A DNA stretch of 64,000 bases from Gammaproteobacteria bacterium (GTDB lineage Bacteria; Pseudomonadota; Gammaproteobacteria; JAADGQ01), in the NCBI GenBank assembly GCA_015490755.1, contig WFXF01000077.1, forward strand, positions 3,241 to 67,240, read 5' to 3'. The notes under the pieces were generated by a model, which worked only from the letters and a program-made list of their open reading frames with translations, ran no database searches and was not told the origin of the DNA. This document shows, piece by piece, positions 11,174 through 21,319 of the stretch. The position numbers were made by a program, and so were the translations under genes. Position 1 is the first letter of the stretch, and the number at the start of each line of letters is the position of its first letter.

Positions 11174-13596
11174 GTGAAAATTGATTTTACCCCCCCCCCC
11201 ATATTTATCTGAGGAAGTCTGGCCACTTTTTCGTCACTGCGAGTTTGGCTCTTAGTCTGGTCGCATGTGGTAGCGGTAGTGAATATAATGACGTGGCTGC
11301 GCCGATGGAGTCGCCTACTATTCCTGCGATCAACGACTCACCTGCTGAGTTTAGCAAGTACGCACTTCTCTCTGGTGGTAATTTAACCATCAACGGCAAG
11401 TTTGTAACCAAGGGTGTTCTTTCAGATGTTCACTCCAATCAAACGATTACACTCAATAGCTATACCTCTCGCTTTAGCGGGAATGTAACTTCATACGAAA
11501 AGTTACAAAGTCTGGGCCATACTCCTAGAGTTTTGGACGGTAACACTCTTCGTGGTGCGGGTTCGAAAGTGTTGCTGGATAATTTGATGACAGTCGATAT
11601 TAAAATGGCTGATAGCAATTTACAGAACGCAATCGTATTAGCATCGGATTGTTCGATGACTATTCTTGATGAAGAAGGTCGTGGCAGCGATGCCACAAGC
11701 CAGGATGTTGATGGCGATTGGTCTTGTCATGCGGGTAACTGGTCAGTTTCAGGTCATAATGTGATCATTCAGAGAGCGCTTTCAATCGAAGGCAATCTGG
11801 AAATCAATAGTACAAGTTTTGTTCTTAGAGCGCCTCTTTTTTCCCGTGGTAGTGTGGCAGCTCATGGGGCAGTGCGTATTGATATTAATAATCCATTTGA
11901 AGATGCAGTTATCATCAATGAAGACTTAACCACTGAAGGTTTTGACGTTGTCGGGAAAATTCATGTCAATGGTGATTTTAATGCTAATGGTGCAGTCTAT
12001 ATTGTAGGTAGTGCGATGGTGGGTGGTGATGTCACTCTTCACAAAGAGGCGACTATTAACTATCTGGACACTATTTACAAAGCAGCTTTGGCTAAAGCTA
12101 ATGAGCAGTTTGAAGAGACACTGCTGGTTCATTCGCAAGTCTTTCGTGATGTTAGCAGTGATAAAAACAATGCAGTGGCATTATTCACTTTTGTTAATGG
12201 CTACAGATACCATGAAGAAGGTGAGTTACTTGAAATGGTCAGAGCAGGAACGGCAAACCCTGATGATTATTTTAGTGTGATTATAGGGGCAAATCAGGGC
12301 TATGCTTCTGAGTTGGCTCATACTGAATATCTTCTGCCATACTACGCCAATCAAGTTAAGTTGTTTGATGATCTAAAAGCACAAGGTCATGATCAACTTC
12401 ATATCGTAGATGCCATTAATTTACCGATGAATAATTTCTATCTGACCCTCAGTGATGGTGATCAAGAGCTGGGTACCTGGCAGGTTTATGGAAATCCTGA
12501 GCTTGGTGAAAAAGTTGGAAAACATGTCAAGCTGACGGATGAAAATATCGAAGCAGCTCGCATTTCTCTAAAAAACCAGGGTGAGCAAGTGGCACAAAGA
12601 GTTGCTGATGCGAATGCTATGGCAGAGGAGCTGGGGCTTAAGGCTCTGGATGAAGATGAGTTTGACCTCAGTGATGATGAGCGTGCAAGAAGTGAAGCAA
12701 TGCAAGGTAAATCTGACGAACTCTTGAGAATTGAAGAGTGGCGAGCCATCAAAGAGATGGAAGAAGAGCTGGTTGAAGTCGATGTGATGCCCGTATCACC
12801 AGATTCATTATCTACTGGCCCAGTCACTAATGGCTGGTTGAGTAAGGCGTGGAATAAAATAAAGAAAAAAGTGAAGAAGATCATTCCACGCTGCAAGAAA
12901 AAATGGAGGGACAATAATTTTATTGCAGGGGTGAATCCATATTCAAGAAATGATTTTTGGATGAATAATATCAGCCTTAAAAATAACTGGGCAAATAACT
13001 GTGGTCCAATAGCTGGATTAGCGATCGCTCGTTATCACGGAACACGTATTTCTAAATATGCTGCTGCATTGGCTCCAGCCGCGACCACTGCGGACAAAAG
13101 AAATGTAAATATCAAAGGCGTACTTAATCCAGATTTAAAAGAACTGAGAAAGTTTATGAGAACCAGTTCAAGAACAGGAACGATGATGTGGAATTTTTCA
13201 TCTGGATTAGAAAAATATTTAGGTCAAAAAAATGTGAGCGGGAAAAAAGTTCGCTGGCTCTGGTATGACGCATGGATTACCAATTCGACATTCTCTATAG
13301 CTGGCTGGAATCCTCTTTACTCCACATTTAATTCGGAAGTAAAAGCAAATCGGCCACCTGCTGTATATACATACGGGCTTTACCTTAAAGTTGGTAATAA
13401 ACGTATAAATGGTGGGCATATCATGCCCGTTCTTGGAACAAAGAAAAAAGTCTATTACAGCTTATGCTATTTAACTCCTACTAAGCACTATGTATATGTA
13501 GATACTGAATGGGATGCAGGGAAAGTATGGATGAGAATGGATCGCTGGGCTTATTGGTTCCAACACTTTGATGGTATCAAAATAAAAGTCTGGTAA
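11174..13596 (+). CDS. Large lipoprotein with C-terminal papain-like (C39/C10-type) cysteine peptidase domain; 5' end frameshifted at the poly-C tract
   Basis: Lipobox LVAC; NNCGPIAG...GHIMPVLG...YVDTEW Cys-His-Asp pattern; ORF track start 11245 is a TTG in the middle of the signal peptide. Confidence 0.7.
11190..11200 (+). repeat. C11 homopolymer inside the probable signal-peptide coding region
   Basis: TTTTA-C11-ATATT; separates GTG 11174 (with upstream AAGGA) from the long ORF frame. Confidence 0.9.
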
Positions 13597-13611
13597 TTTT
13601 TAAGAGTCAAG

Positions 13612-13641
13612 TCACTCTCTAATTTATTTTTAGGGAGTGGT
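13612..13641 (+). terminator. Intergenic hairpin (attenuator or mRNA-stabilising stem)
   Basis: CACTCTCTAA...TTAGGGAGTG followed by GTTT. Confidence 0.4.
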
Positions 13642-13664
13642 TTATCCATTGTTGAACGAGGTAT

Positions 13665-15728
13665 ATGACGATGCCATCAATTCCATTTAAATATTTTGCT
13701 TTTGCCTTTTCATTGATGACACTTTCAGGATGTTTTCAGCTCCCTTGCAGTGATAGCAGCGATGGACCACCAATAGATTTACAGGTATCCAATGGGGATT
13801 ACGATGAAAAAATTGTAATTACATGGACATCACTGAGTTCAGAGGATATCTATACTGTCAGTAAAACTACAATGGATAGAGGTAGCTATGATGAGTGGTT
13901 TGGAGCTGATGACGATCTTGACATTTTGGTTGTTAAAGATAGTCAATACTTTAGGGAGAATTATTATTATGAAGCGGGTGTTGGAGAAATGATCACTATT
14001 ATTGATCATGATGTAAAGCCAGGTATCACTTATTATTATTGGGTTGATGCTTCCAGAGGGTGTGCTGTGAGCGATGCGGTTAAAGCTTCAGGTTATGCGG
14101 GCGCACTCACGGATACTCTTCTTAAACATCAATGGCCTCTTATAAACAAAGGTCAAAGTGCCTTTAGTGATCAACATGGCACTTCGGGTGAAGATCTCAG
14201 CGTTGGTAACGTTTATTCTAATGGCTTTAAAGGTCGTGGTAGTGTGGTGGCCGTGCTCGATACGGGCATTGAATTCGATCATGAAGATCTAAAATCCAAT
14301 ATTGACCCATCACAGCAGATTGATTTTAGTCATGGAAAAATACCTCCTGATTCTATTGTTGGGCATGGCACCGCCATTGCGGGGCTTATTGCCGCCGAAG
14401 GGTGGAACAATCTTGGTGCGCGTGGTGTAGCACCTGAGGCAACATTGAAAAGTTTTAACCTGATGAGTCACTATTCCATAGGTAATGAAATCGTCGCTCT
14501 TGGCGGTGGAAATCATCCGTCAACAAGCAATGTCGATATTTATAATCGAAGTTACGGCAATATAGAAACCGATGATGTGCCGATTGATCCTTTGATAGAA
14601 GCTCAGCTTAGAATGGGGGTGACTCAGTTGCGTGATGGCAAAGGTGCGATTTATGTTAAATCGTCAGGCAATGGTTATACCGAGTTAGGTAATGCTTACT
14701 GTCGGTATGCCAATGAAGCAGGCTTACCTTGTCAAAATGCCAATTTAGATGCAGATAATACGATTCCCTGGCAGATTGTAGTCGGTGCCGTGAATGCTAA
14801 CGGGGTTCGTTCCAGCTACTCCACACCCGGCTCTGCACTCTGGGTGACAGCTCCAGGTGGTGAATCTGGATTAAGTGAAAGTATGGGTTGGGATAGCAGT
14901 GTTATTCCAGTCAGTGAATTTGGCCCCGCCTTATTGACAACTGATTTGACCGGTTGTGATCGTGGTTATAGTCGTATTTCTGATGATGTGACACCTTTTA
15001 ATCCCTTTGAAAATAATCAGAATGGTCTCAATAGAGGCTGTAAATATACGTCTACATTTACGGGTACTTCAGCGGCTGCTCCTTTAGTATCCGGGGCTAT
15101 TGCAGTGATGTTAAGTGCTAATCCTGATCTGACGTGGCGGGATGTACGTCATATTCTGGCCGTGACTTCGGATAAAGTTGATTCAGCGCAAAGTGGTATT
15201 GTGGTGAAGCTGGGTGATGGTTCTTATCAAGCCGATCAGGGCTGGGTTGAAAATGGTGCAGGCTTTTCATTTCATAACTGGTACGGTTTTGGTCGAGTTA
15301 ATTTGACTCGTGCGGTATCAATGGCTCAAAGCTTCAATGCAACTTTTGGCAAATTGGAAGAGACACCTTGGTATGACAGTGGGGCTTTAGAGCTGACTAT
15401 TCCTGACTATCAAAAAACGGGAGTGAGTCATTCAGTGTCAGTCGTGGAAAATATGACTATTGAAGCCGTTCAAATAAAGGTTTCAGTTGATCACATTTAT
15501 TCTGGTGACCTCGGTGTTGAACTTACATCCCCTTCTGGAACAACAAGTATTTTGCTCAATATTTACAATGGCATGGGTTCAAGTGATGATTTGAGTGAGA
15601 TGGTCTTGCTGAGTAATGCATTTTATGGTGAGAGTTCATATGGGCAGTGGACAATTAAATTGCTTGATGGAAATGAGAACTATACAGGTTCATTCAGGGG
15701 TTGGAAGATTAAAGCTTTTGGTCACTGA
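13665..15728 (+). CDS. S8 subtilase with P-domain (kexin-like, Aeromonas ASP-type), lipoprotein with N-terminal FN3-like module
   Basis: Lipobox LSGC; catalytic VLDTG, HGTAIAG, SSGN, GTSAAAP; LTWRDVRHIL, HNWYGFG; C-terminal P-domain (H.YSGDL...SPSGT...FYGE...GQW). Confidence 0.9.
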   Translation: MTMPSIPFKYFAFAFSLMTLSGCFQLPCSDSSDGPPIDLQVSNGDYDEKIVITWTSLSSEDIYTVSKTTMDRGSYDEWFGADDDLDILVVKDSQYFRENYYYEAGVGEMITIIDHDVKPGITYYYWVDASRGCAVSDAVKASGYAGALTDTLLKHQWPLINKGQSAFSDQHGTSGEDLSVGNVYSNGFKGRGSVVAVLDTGIEFDHEDLKSNIDPSQQIDFSHGKIPPDSIVGHGTAIAGLIAAEGWNNLGARGVAPEATLKSFNLMSHYSIGNEIVALGGGNHPSTSNVDIYNRSYGNIETDDVPIDPLIEAQLRMGVTQLRDGKGAIYVKSSGNGYTELGNAYCRYANEAGLPCQNANLDADNTIPWQIVVGAVNANGVRSSYSTPGSALWVTAPGGESGLSESMGWDSSVIPVSEFGPALLTTDLTGCDRGYSRISDDVTPFNPFENNQNGLNRGCKYTSTFTGTSAAAPLVSGAIAVMLSANPDLTWRDVRHILAVTSDKVDSAQSGIVVKLGDGSYQADQGWVENGAGFSFHNWYGFGRVNLTRAVSMAQSFNATFGKLEETPWYDSGALELTIPDYQKTGVSHSVSVVENMTIEAVQIKVSVDHIYSGDLGVELTSPSGTTSILLNIYNGMGSSDDLSEMVLLSNAFYGESSYGQWTIKLLDGNENYTGSFRGWKIKAFGH

Positions 15729-15778
15729 AGCGGTGCAGGCTTGATATCACTTTCTTTGAAATAAATATAAGGCATTCG

Positions 15779-16387
15779 GTGATGAAAATAACTTTCTTTA
15801 GTCTCTTGTTAATGCTCATGTCAATATCTCATGCTCAGGAGATTCGACCCGATCAATCGTTAGAGCAAAAAAATCTTGTTTCTTTATTGCAAGGCACCTC
15901 TGCGGCAACAATTAAAATTAAAGGACAAAATGGAAGTTATCAACTGCTTGAAGGATTGTTTGCTGTAAAAGATCGGACAAGTATGGCCTTTGAGCGAAGT
16001 TTATCTGATGATCGTGTCGTTGCTGTTGTGGGCGGTTACACTATCATGAAACTCAAAGTAAAGGGAGGCACTTCCGTTAAACGCCATTTAAAAGAGAGTA
16101 AAAAATATCAAGTAGTGTTTAATACTCGTCTGAAAAGATTGGCTGTATTAAATGGTGTATTGAGAGTTAAGCTCGTTAATATGAAGCGAGCAGATGATAT
16201 TGCCGAAAAGTATCAAACTGAAATAATCCATCGCTTCAATAATCTCGGTTACCTCTTTCTTGACGTGACCGATGAGCGTAATAATCTGATTTCGATATAT
16301 CAGAATATGGAAAAAGACCCTGAAATTAAAGAGGTTACGTTGGAGGTTGTGGAGCGACAACCTTCGTTGCTGGATCTCATTGAATGA
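15779..16387 (+). CDS. Secreted protein, probable external chaperone/propeptide for the upstream subtilase
   Basis: Signal peptide; VVFNTRLKRLAVLNGVLRVKL and a propeptide-like C-terminal half; same position as ORF2 of Aeromonas ASP. Confidence 0.6.
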   Translation: MMKITFFSLLLMLMSISHAQEIRPDQSLEQKNLVSLLQGTSAATIKIKGQNGSYQLLEGLFAVKDRTSMAFERSLSDDRVVAVVGGYTIMKLKVKGGTSVKRHLKESKKYQVVFNTRLKRLAVLNGVLRVKLVNMKRADDIAEKYQTEIIHRFNNLGYLFLDVTDERNNLISIYQNMEKDPEIKEVTLEVVERQPSLLDLIE

Positions 16388-16427
16388 AAACCTTAATGTG
16401 ATATTGTGGTTCCTTGCACATATTAAT

Positions 16428-16446
16428 AAGAATGATTATCATTAAC
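16428..16446. promoter_or_regulatory. Fur box
   Basis: AAGAATGATTATCATTAAC versus consensus GATAATGATAATCATTATC, upstream of an iron transporter. Confidence 0.85.
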
Positions 16447-16489
16447 ACTGGTTTTTGTTAAATATTCATTATTTTAAAGGCAAATAAAT

Positions 16490-17491
16490 ATGCGTAATTT
16501 AATTTTAGCTATGGCTGCAATATGTTCGGTATTTTTGAGTGCTTATGTTCACAGTGATGAGTTGGTGGTTTACTCGGGTCGCAGTGATAAGTTTGTGAAG
16601 CCTGTAGTGAAAGCGTTTACTGAAAAAACAGGCATTAAAGTTGTTTTACATAGCGCCAAGTCAACGGCATTGGTGAATAAGTTACGAGTTGAAAAAGAGC
16701 GTACTCAGGCTGATCTGTTTTTAAGTAATGATGCGGGTAATTTGCAGGTGGGTAGTGATTTGGGGTTGTTTCAGCCTGTTTCAACGCGGGTGGCTGAGGT
16801 GATCCCTGAAAATTTACGTGCGGATGATAATAGTTGGATTGGTTTATCAGCGCGGGCGCGAGTGCTTGTGGTAAATACGAACGCTAAGGGTCTGGAATTT
16901 GTTGGCTCGGTATTTGACCTTGCAGATCCACGCCTCAAAAATCGCTTGGCAATTACAAATAGTACAAATGGTAGCTTTATCGCAGGAACAACGGTTTATA
17001 TGGAAAAACTGGGCAAAGAAAAAACAGTTGACTGGTTAAAAGGTATCAAGAAAAATGCGGGCGATGGCGTATTTAATAAACATAGTAAGGTGGTTAAGGC
17101 GGTCGCTTCCGGTAAGAAGGATGTTGGATTGGTGAATCACTATTATATTTATCGCCATTTAGCTAAACATCCCGATGCTCCAATTCGTATCATGATTCCC
17201 GATCAAGGCAAAGATGGTATTGGGGTGGCCTGGAATGTTGCAGGTATTGCGATCAGCAAGTACACGGATCAAAAGCTATTAGCAGAAAAATTTGTTGAAT
17301 TTCTGGTTTCAGAGGAAGGTCAAAAATTGTTTGCTGAGGTCAATCAGGAATACCCTGTTCGTGAAGGTGTAGCAGCATCGGCTGAAATTCCTGCTTTAAG
17401 TCAGCAGAAAATAGCTGACGTTCCGATGTCTGAGTTAGGCAAGAAGCGTAATGTAACGATTGATCTTCTTGAAGAGGTGGGTATGTATTAA
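16490..17491 (+). CDS. Fe3+ ABC transporter substrate-binding protein (FbpA/FutA family)
   Basis: LVVYSGR, WIGLSARARVLV, GLVNHYY iron-ligand tyrosines; Fur box upstream. Confidence 0.9.
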   Translation: MRNLILAMAAICSVFLSAYVHSDELVVYSGRSDKFVKPVVKAFTEKTGIKVVLHSAKSTALVNKLRVEKERTQADLFLSNDAGNLQVGSDLGLFQPVSTRVAEVIPENLRADDNSWIGLSARARVLVVNTNAKGLEFVGSVFDLADPRLKNRLAITNSTNGSFIAGTTVYMEKLGKEKTVDWLKGIKKNAGDGVFNKHSKVVKAVASGKKDVGLVNHYYIYRHLAKHPDAPIRIMIPDQGKDGIGVAWNVAGIAISKYTDQKLLAEKFVEFLVSEEGQKLFAEVNQEYPVREGVAASAEIPALSQQKIADVPMSELGKKRNVTIDLLEEVGMY

Positions 17492-17503
17492 CACAAATTA
17501 ATA

Positions 17504-19084
17504 GTGTCAGCTTTATTTAAAAAATTTGGAGGCCAGGGAGCTTTTGTAGGGATGATCGTTTTAATTGCGATCATCCCTTTGTTGTTTGTGCTCTATAATA
17601 GTGCACAGTTATCGATAGAGCAGTGGCGTGGACTCTGGAGTCAACGTTTACCTCAATTATTGTGGAATACTTTCAGCCTTGCTGTACTGGTTGCAGGGGG
17701 TTGCTTTTTGTTGGGTGTATCATCCGCATGGTTAATTGCTCGCCGTCAATTTACGGGGCGTACGTTGGCTATTTGGCTTATGGTGTTGCCATTGGCAATT
17801 CCGACTTACGTGTTTGCTCATATCTATACTTCGTTATTGGAAAATGATGGTTGGTTGGGACGTATATGGCTGTACTTTTCGAATGGCGACACAGTTCCTG
17901 AGCTCTCTAATGTTTGGGGTGTGGCCCTGATTTTGTCATTGGCTGGATTTTCTTATGTGTTTTTGTTGGTTCGTAGTGCATTAATGCGCTCCAACCAAAG
18001 TCTGGAGGAGGTTGCACGACTTCAGGGGAAAAGCTCAAAAGGGGTGTTTTTTCGAGTAACTTTGCCCTTGTTAAGACCTGCTATAGCTGCCAGTCTGGCG
18101 CTGGTTGTATTGCATGTTTTATCTGACTTTGGTGCGGTGAGTATGCTGCGCTATCAGACATTTACATTGAGTATTTATTTGCAAATGAGTGGCCGTTTTG
18201 ATTATCAGGCAGCAGCAGGTCTGAGTCTGATTCTAGTCTTGATGAGCATCAGTTTTTTAATTTTAGAACGTTTTTTTCGTAATCGGCAACGTTATTACTC
18301 GAGTTGCCAAAGTCGTCTGGTTCAGGCGAAGCAGGCAAGCCGTAGTGAGCTTTTAATGATCTGGCTTTGTCTTGGGTTGATTTCGTTGTTTTCATTTATT
18401 CTGCCTTTGCTATGGATGATAGTCTGGAGCTGGGATGCCTGGTTTCAAGGGGTCGTGGATTCAGTATTTTGGGGGTATGTCTGGAACTCAATGGTTATTG
18501 CTTTTATTGCAGCAACAGTTGCTGTCATCATGAGTTTGCCTGTTGGGCTCTATCATGCACGTAAGCAGACACTTTTAAGTCATACTTTTTTGCAGCTCTC
18601 CAGCGTTGGTTTTGTACTGCCAGGGCCTGTAATTGCTTTGGGTGTGATGGTTTTTGCTTTGGCTCAGTTGCCTTTTCTTTATGGTAGTCTGGCTCTTTTG
18701 ATTTTGGCAATAGTGATCCGTTTTTTACCTTTGGCAATACAAGCACAGGAAGCTGCAATGCAACAGATTACTCCATCTGTTGAGCAGGCTGGGCGTATTT
18801 TGGGGGCAGGTTATTGGGAAAGTCTATGGCGGGTAATATTGCCTATGATTCGTGGTGGAATGATTACTGCGTGGGTGCTGGTTTTTATTGATACCTTAAA
18901 AGAATTGCCTGCTACTTTGCTGCTGCGTCCTGTGGGTTTTGATACATTGCCGGTGCGAATCTGGATTGAGTCGAGTGAGGAGATGTTAGAGTTGGCTGCA
19001 CCCGCAGCATTGATGTTGGTGGTGGCTACATTTCCCGCATTATGGGTTTTGATGCGTAGTGAAATGAAAAAAACTGAAATTTAG
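17504..19084 (+). CDS. Fe3+ ABC transporter permease (FbpB family)
   Basis: Duplicated permease with EEVAR/EQAGR EAA loops, LPLAIPTYV, DFGAV, KELPATLLLRP. Confidence 0.92.
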   Translation: MSALFKKFGGQGAFVGMIVLIAIIPLLFVLYNSAQLSIEQWRGLWSQRLPQLLWNTFSLAVLVAGGCFLLGVSSAWLIARRQFTGRTLAIWLMVLPLAIPTYVFAHIYTSLLENDGWLGRIWLYFSNGDTVPELSNVWGVALILSLAGFSYVFLLVRSALMRSNQSLEEVARLQGKSSKGVFFRVTLPLLRPAIAASLALVVLHVLSDFGAVSMLRYQTFTLSIYLQMSGRFDYQAAAGLSLILVLMSISFLILERFFRNRQRYYSSCQSRLVQAKQASRSELLMIWLCLGLISLFSFILPLLWMIVWSWDAWFQGVVDSVFWGYVWNSMVIAFIAATVAVIMSLPVGLYHARKQTLLSHTFLQLSSVGFVLPGPVIALGVMVFALAQLPFLYGSLALLILAIVIRFLPLAIQAQEAAMQQITPSVEQAGRILGAGYWESLWRVILPMIRGGMITAWVLVFIDTLKELPATLLLRPVGFDTLPVRIWIESSEEMLELAAPAALMLVVATFPALWVLMRSEMKKTEI

Positions 19085-19131
19085 CTGAACTTTTTCTTGT
19101 TTTTTGTGTGTGGAGTTTGTATCTTGCCCAC

Positions 19132-19497
19132 GGAAGTTGGCTGGGCAGTCGCGGCTTTATTACTATTTCGATAGTATTGAAGTGGAGGAAAGTCCGGGCT
19201 CCATAGGGTAGAGTGCCAGGTAACGCCTGGGCGGTGTGAGCCGACGGAAAGTGCAACAGAAAAAATACCGCCGATGGTCCAGAAATGGAAACAGGTAAGG
19301 TTGAAATGGTGTGGTAAGAGCGCACCGCGCCAGTGGTAACACTCGGTGGCAAGGTAAACCCCACTCGGAGCAAGACCAAATAGGGAAACAATGGTGTGGC
19401 CCGCACTGTTTCCGGGTAGGTTGCTTGAGGAGCGTGGTGACGCGTATCCCAGATGAATGACTGCTCTCGACAGAACCCGGCTTATAGGCCAGCTTCC
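19132..19497 (+). ncRNA. rnpB: RNase P RNA, bacterial type A
   Basis: GAGGAAAGTCCGGGCTCC, GAAAGTGCAACAGA, GGTAAACCCC, ACAGAACCCGGCTTA; ends GGAAGTTGGC / GCCAGCTTCC pair. Confidence 0.97.
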
Positions 19498-19516
19498 ACT
19501 CTATTCCTGATAATTT

Positions 19517-19975
19517 CTAAAGTGAATCTTTGATTGATTGAAATGTTGCTTGATCAACACTTTCTATTTCAAAGTATCCACCTCTAAACTCTTCATCAAT
19601 TGATTTGAGTACAAGATAATAATTTTTACCCGCTTTAAAGGTAAACCAGCGTTCGTTGAACGTTTCTTTAATTTTATTTTTTGCGCCATATACATGTTTA
19701 TAGCGCAGTGTGATTAAGTACTCTTCGGGTTCAAGCTCGATTGATGCGCTGCTTCGTTTTTTGAGTTTAAGGCGAGGTTGTTTGTCGATTTCAATTAAGA
19801 GTTTATTGTCCATAAAACCCATTGGACGTATTGTATTAGGGCGTAAAAAATGGATGGTTGCAGTGGCAGTATCATTTGATAAAGCTTTTTTTGATGAGCT
19901 AGAACATCCACTTAAAGAGAATAAACTGGAGATGACCAATAAGCTAAAAAAAAGGGTAAATCTGTATCTTCTCAT
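19517..19975 (-). CDS. Hypothetical lipoprotein (DUF2846-like)
   Basis: Start MRRYRF at 19975, lipobox LSGC; IHFLRP...AGKNYYL pattern. Confidence 0.7.
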   Translation of the reverse strand: MRRYRFTLFFSLLVISSLFSLSGCSSSSKKALSNDTATATIHFLRPNTIRPMGFMDNKLLIEIDKQPRLKLKKRSSASIELEPEEYLITLRYKHVYGAKNKIKETFNERWFTFKAGKNYYLVLKSIDEEFRGGYFEIESVDQATFQSIKDSL

Positions 19976-20220
19976 TCGAACCTCTGGATAATCAAAGCGG
20001 TTGTTCATTGATAAGGTTATCGTCAATAATTGTGCTGAAATTGATATGAAATAAGCATCAAAATCTGGGTAAATATACCCGAATGTTGAATTCAGTGATA
20101 GAATTCCATTTTTTGCAAGGCCGTGAGCTGTAGATTGTGCATTACTGCTGCTAAAAGCATCCGGATTCAAAAAAATAGAATTTTTATTTTTTATTAGATT
20201 AACCAAGGAGTTAACACCTT

Positions 20221-21093
20221 ATGTCAATAAAACATCCGGTGATTGCAGTTACGGGTTCTTCAGGTGCAGGCACTTCAACAGTGAAGCACGCATTTGATGA
20301 TATTTTTCGTCGTGAAAAGGTGGCAGCGGCTATTATCGAAGGTGACAGTTTTCACCGTTACGATCGTAATGAAATGAAAGCAGCAATCGCTGAAGCAGCA
20401 AAAACAGGCAAAACGATCAGTCATTTTGGGCCAGAAGGTAACCACTTTGACAAACTTGAAGAGTTGTTCCGTACTTACGGTGAAACTGGTACAGGTAAAA
20501 AACGTTACTATCTGCATAATGAAGAAGAGGCGGCGCCTTATAAACAAGAGCCCGGCACCTTTACTCCGTGGGAAGATATCGATACTGAGAAAGATGTTCT
20601 TTTTTATGAAGGTCTGCATGGGGGTGCAGTTTATGGTGATATCAATGTTGCACAATGGGTTGATCTGCTGATTGGTGTTGTACCGAGTGTTAATCTGGAG
20701 TGGATTCAAAAAATTCATCGTGATACGGCAACACGTGGCTACTCTGCTGAAGCAGTTACTGACACTATTCTTCGTCGTATGCCTGATTATGTTAAATTTA
20801 TCGCTCCACAATTTTCACGTACTGATATTAACTTTCAACGTGTACCTATGGTGGATACTTCTAACCCTTTTATTGCTCGTGATATTCCGACTCCAGATGA
20901 AAGTTTTGTTGTGATTCGTTTTCGTAAACCTGAAGAGCATGATCTGGTTGGTTATCAACTCATGATCCAGGATTCATGGATGTCACGCCCAAATACTTTA
21001 GTTGTACCGGGTGGAAAAATGGGATTTGCAATGGAAATTATTTTGAAACCTATGATTCAAGAGCTCATTGCAAATAAGAAAACAGCAAAATAA
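20221..21093 (+). CDS. prk: Phosphoribulokinase (proteobacterial type)
   Basis: KHPVIAVTGSSGAGTST, EGDSFHRYDR, YEGLHG, NFQRVPMVDTSNPF. Confidence 0.96.
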   Translation: MSIKHPVIAVTGSSGAGTSTVKHAFDDIFRREKVAAAIIEGDSFHRYDRNEMKAAIAEAAKTGKTISHFGPEGNHFDKLEELFRTYGETGTGKKRYYLHNEEEAAPYKQEPGTFTPWEDIDTEKDVLFYEGLHGGAVYGDINVAQWVDLLIGVVPSVNLEWIQKIHRDTATRGYSAEAVTDTILRRMPDYVKFIAPQFSRTDINFQRVPMVDTSNPFIARDIPTPDESFVVIRFRKPEEHDLVGYQLMIQDSWMSRPNTLVVPGGKMGFAMEIILKPMIQELIANKKTAK

Positions 21094-21106
21094 GTAATCC
21101 AATTAT

Positions 21107-21143
21107 AGCCTTGGTTTACTATTTGTTATTTAAATCAAGGCTG
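21107..21143 (+). terminator. Putative intrinsic terminator
   Basis: AGCCTTGGTTTA...TAAATCAAGGCT followed by GTTTT. Confidence 0.5.
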
Positions 21144-21319
21144 TTTTACAGCCCCCTTTTTTAAGTATCGTATTTATTTGTGCTAAAGAAATTCCACCAA
21201 TGAGCGGACAACATAGTTAAGTTCTTACTTTGAAAAGTCACTTTTAAGGTGAGTAAATACAGTTTTCACGGCCTTATGCTGTCGTACATTCAGATCTGTG
21301 TTGTAAAGGTAAATCTAGC

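Noticed and set aside
19026-19406. 126-aa minus-strand ORF
   Set aside because: Antisense shadow of the RNase P RNA gene
19976-20206. N-terminal extension of the 229-aa ORF
   Set aside because: The signal peptide and lipobox start at 19975; the extension overlaps the prk promoter region
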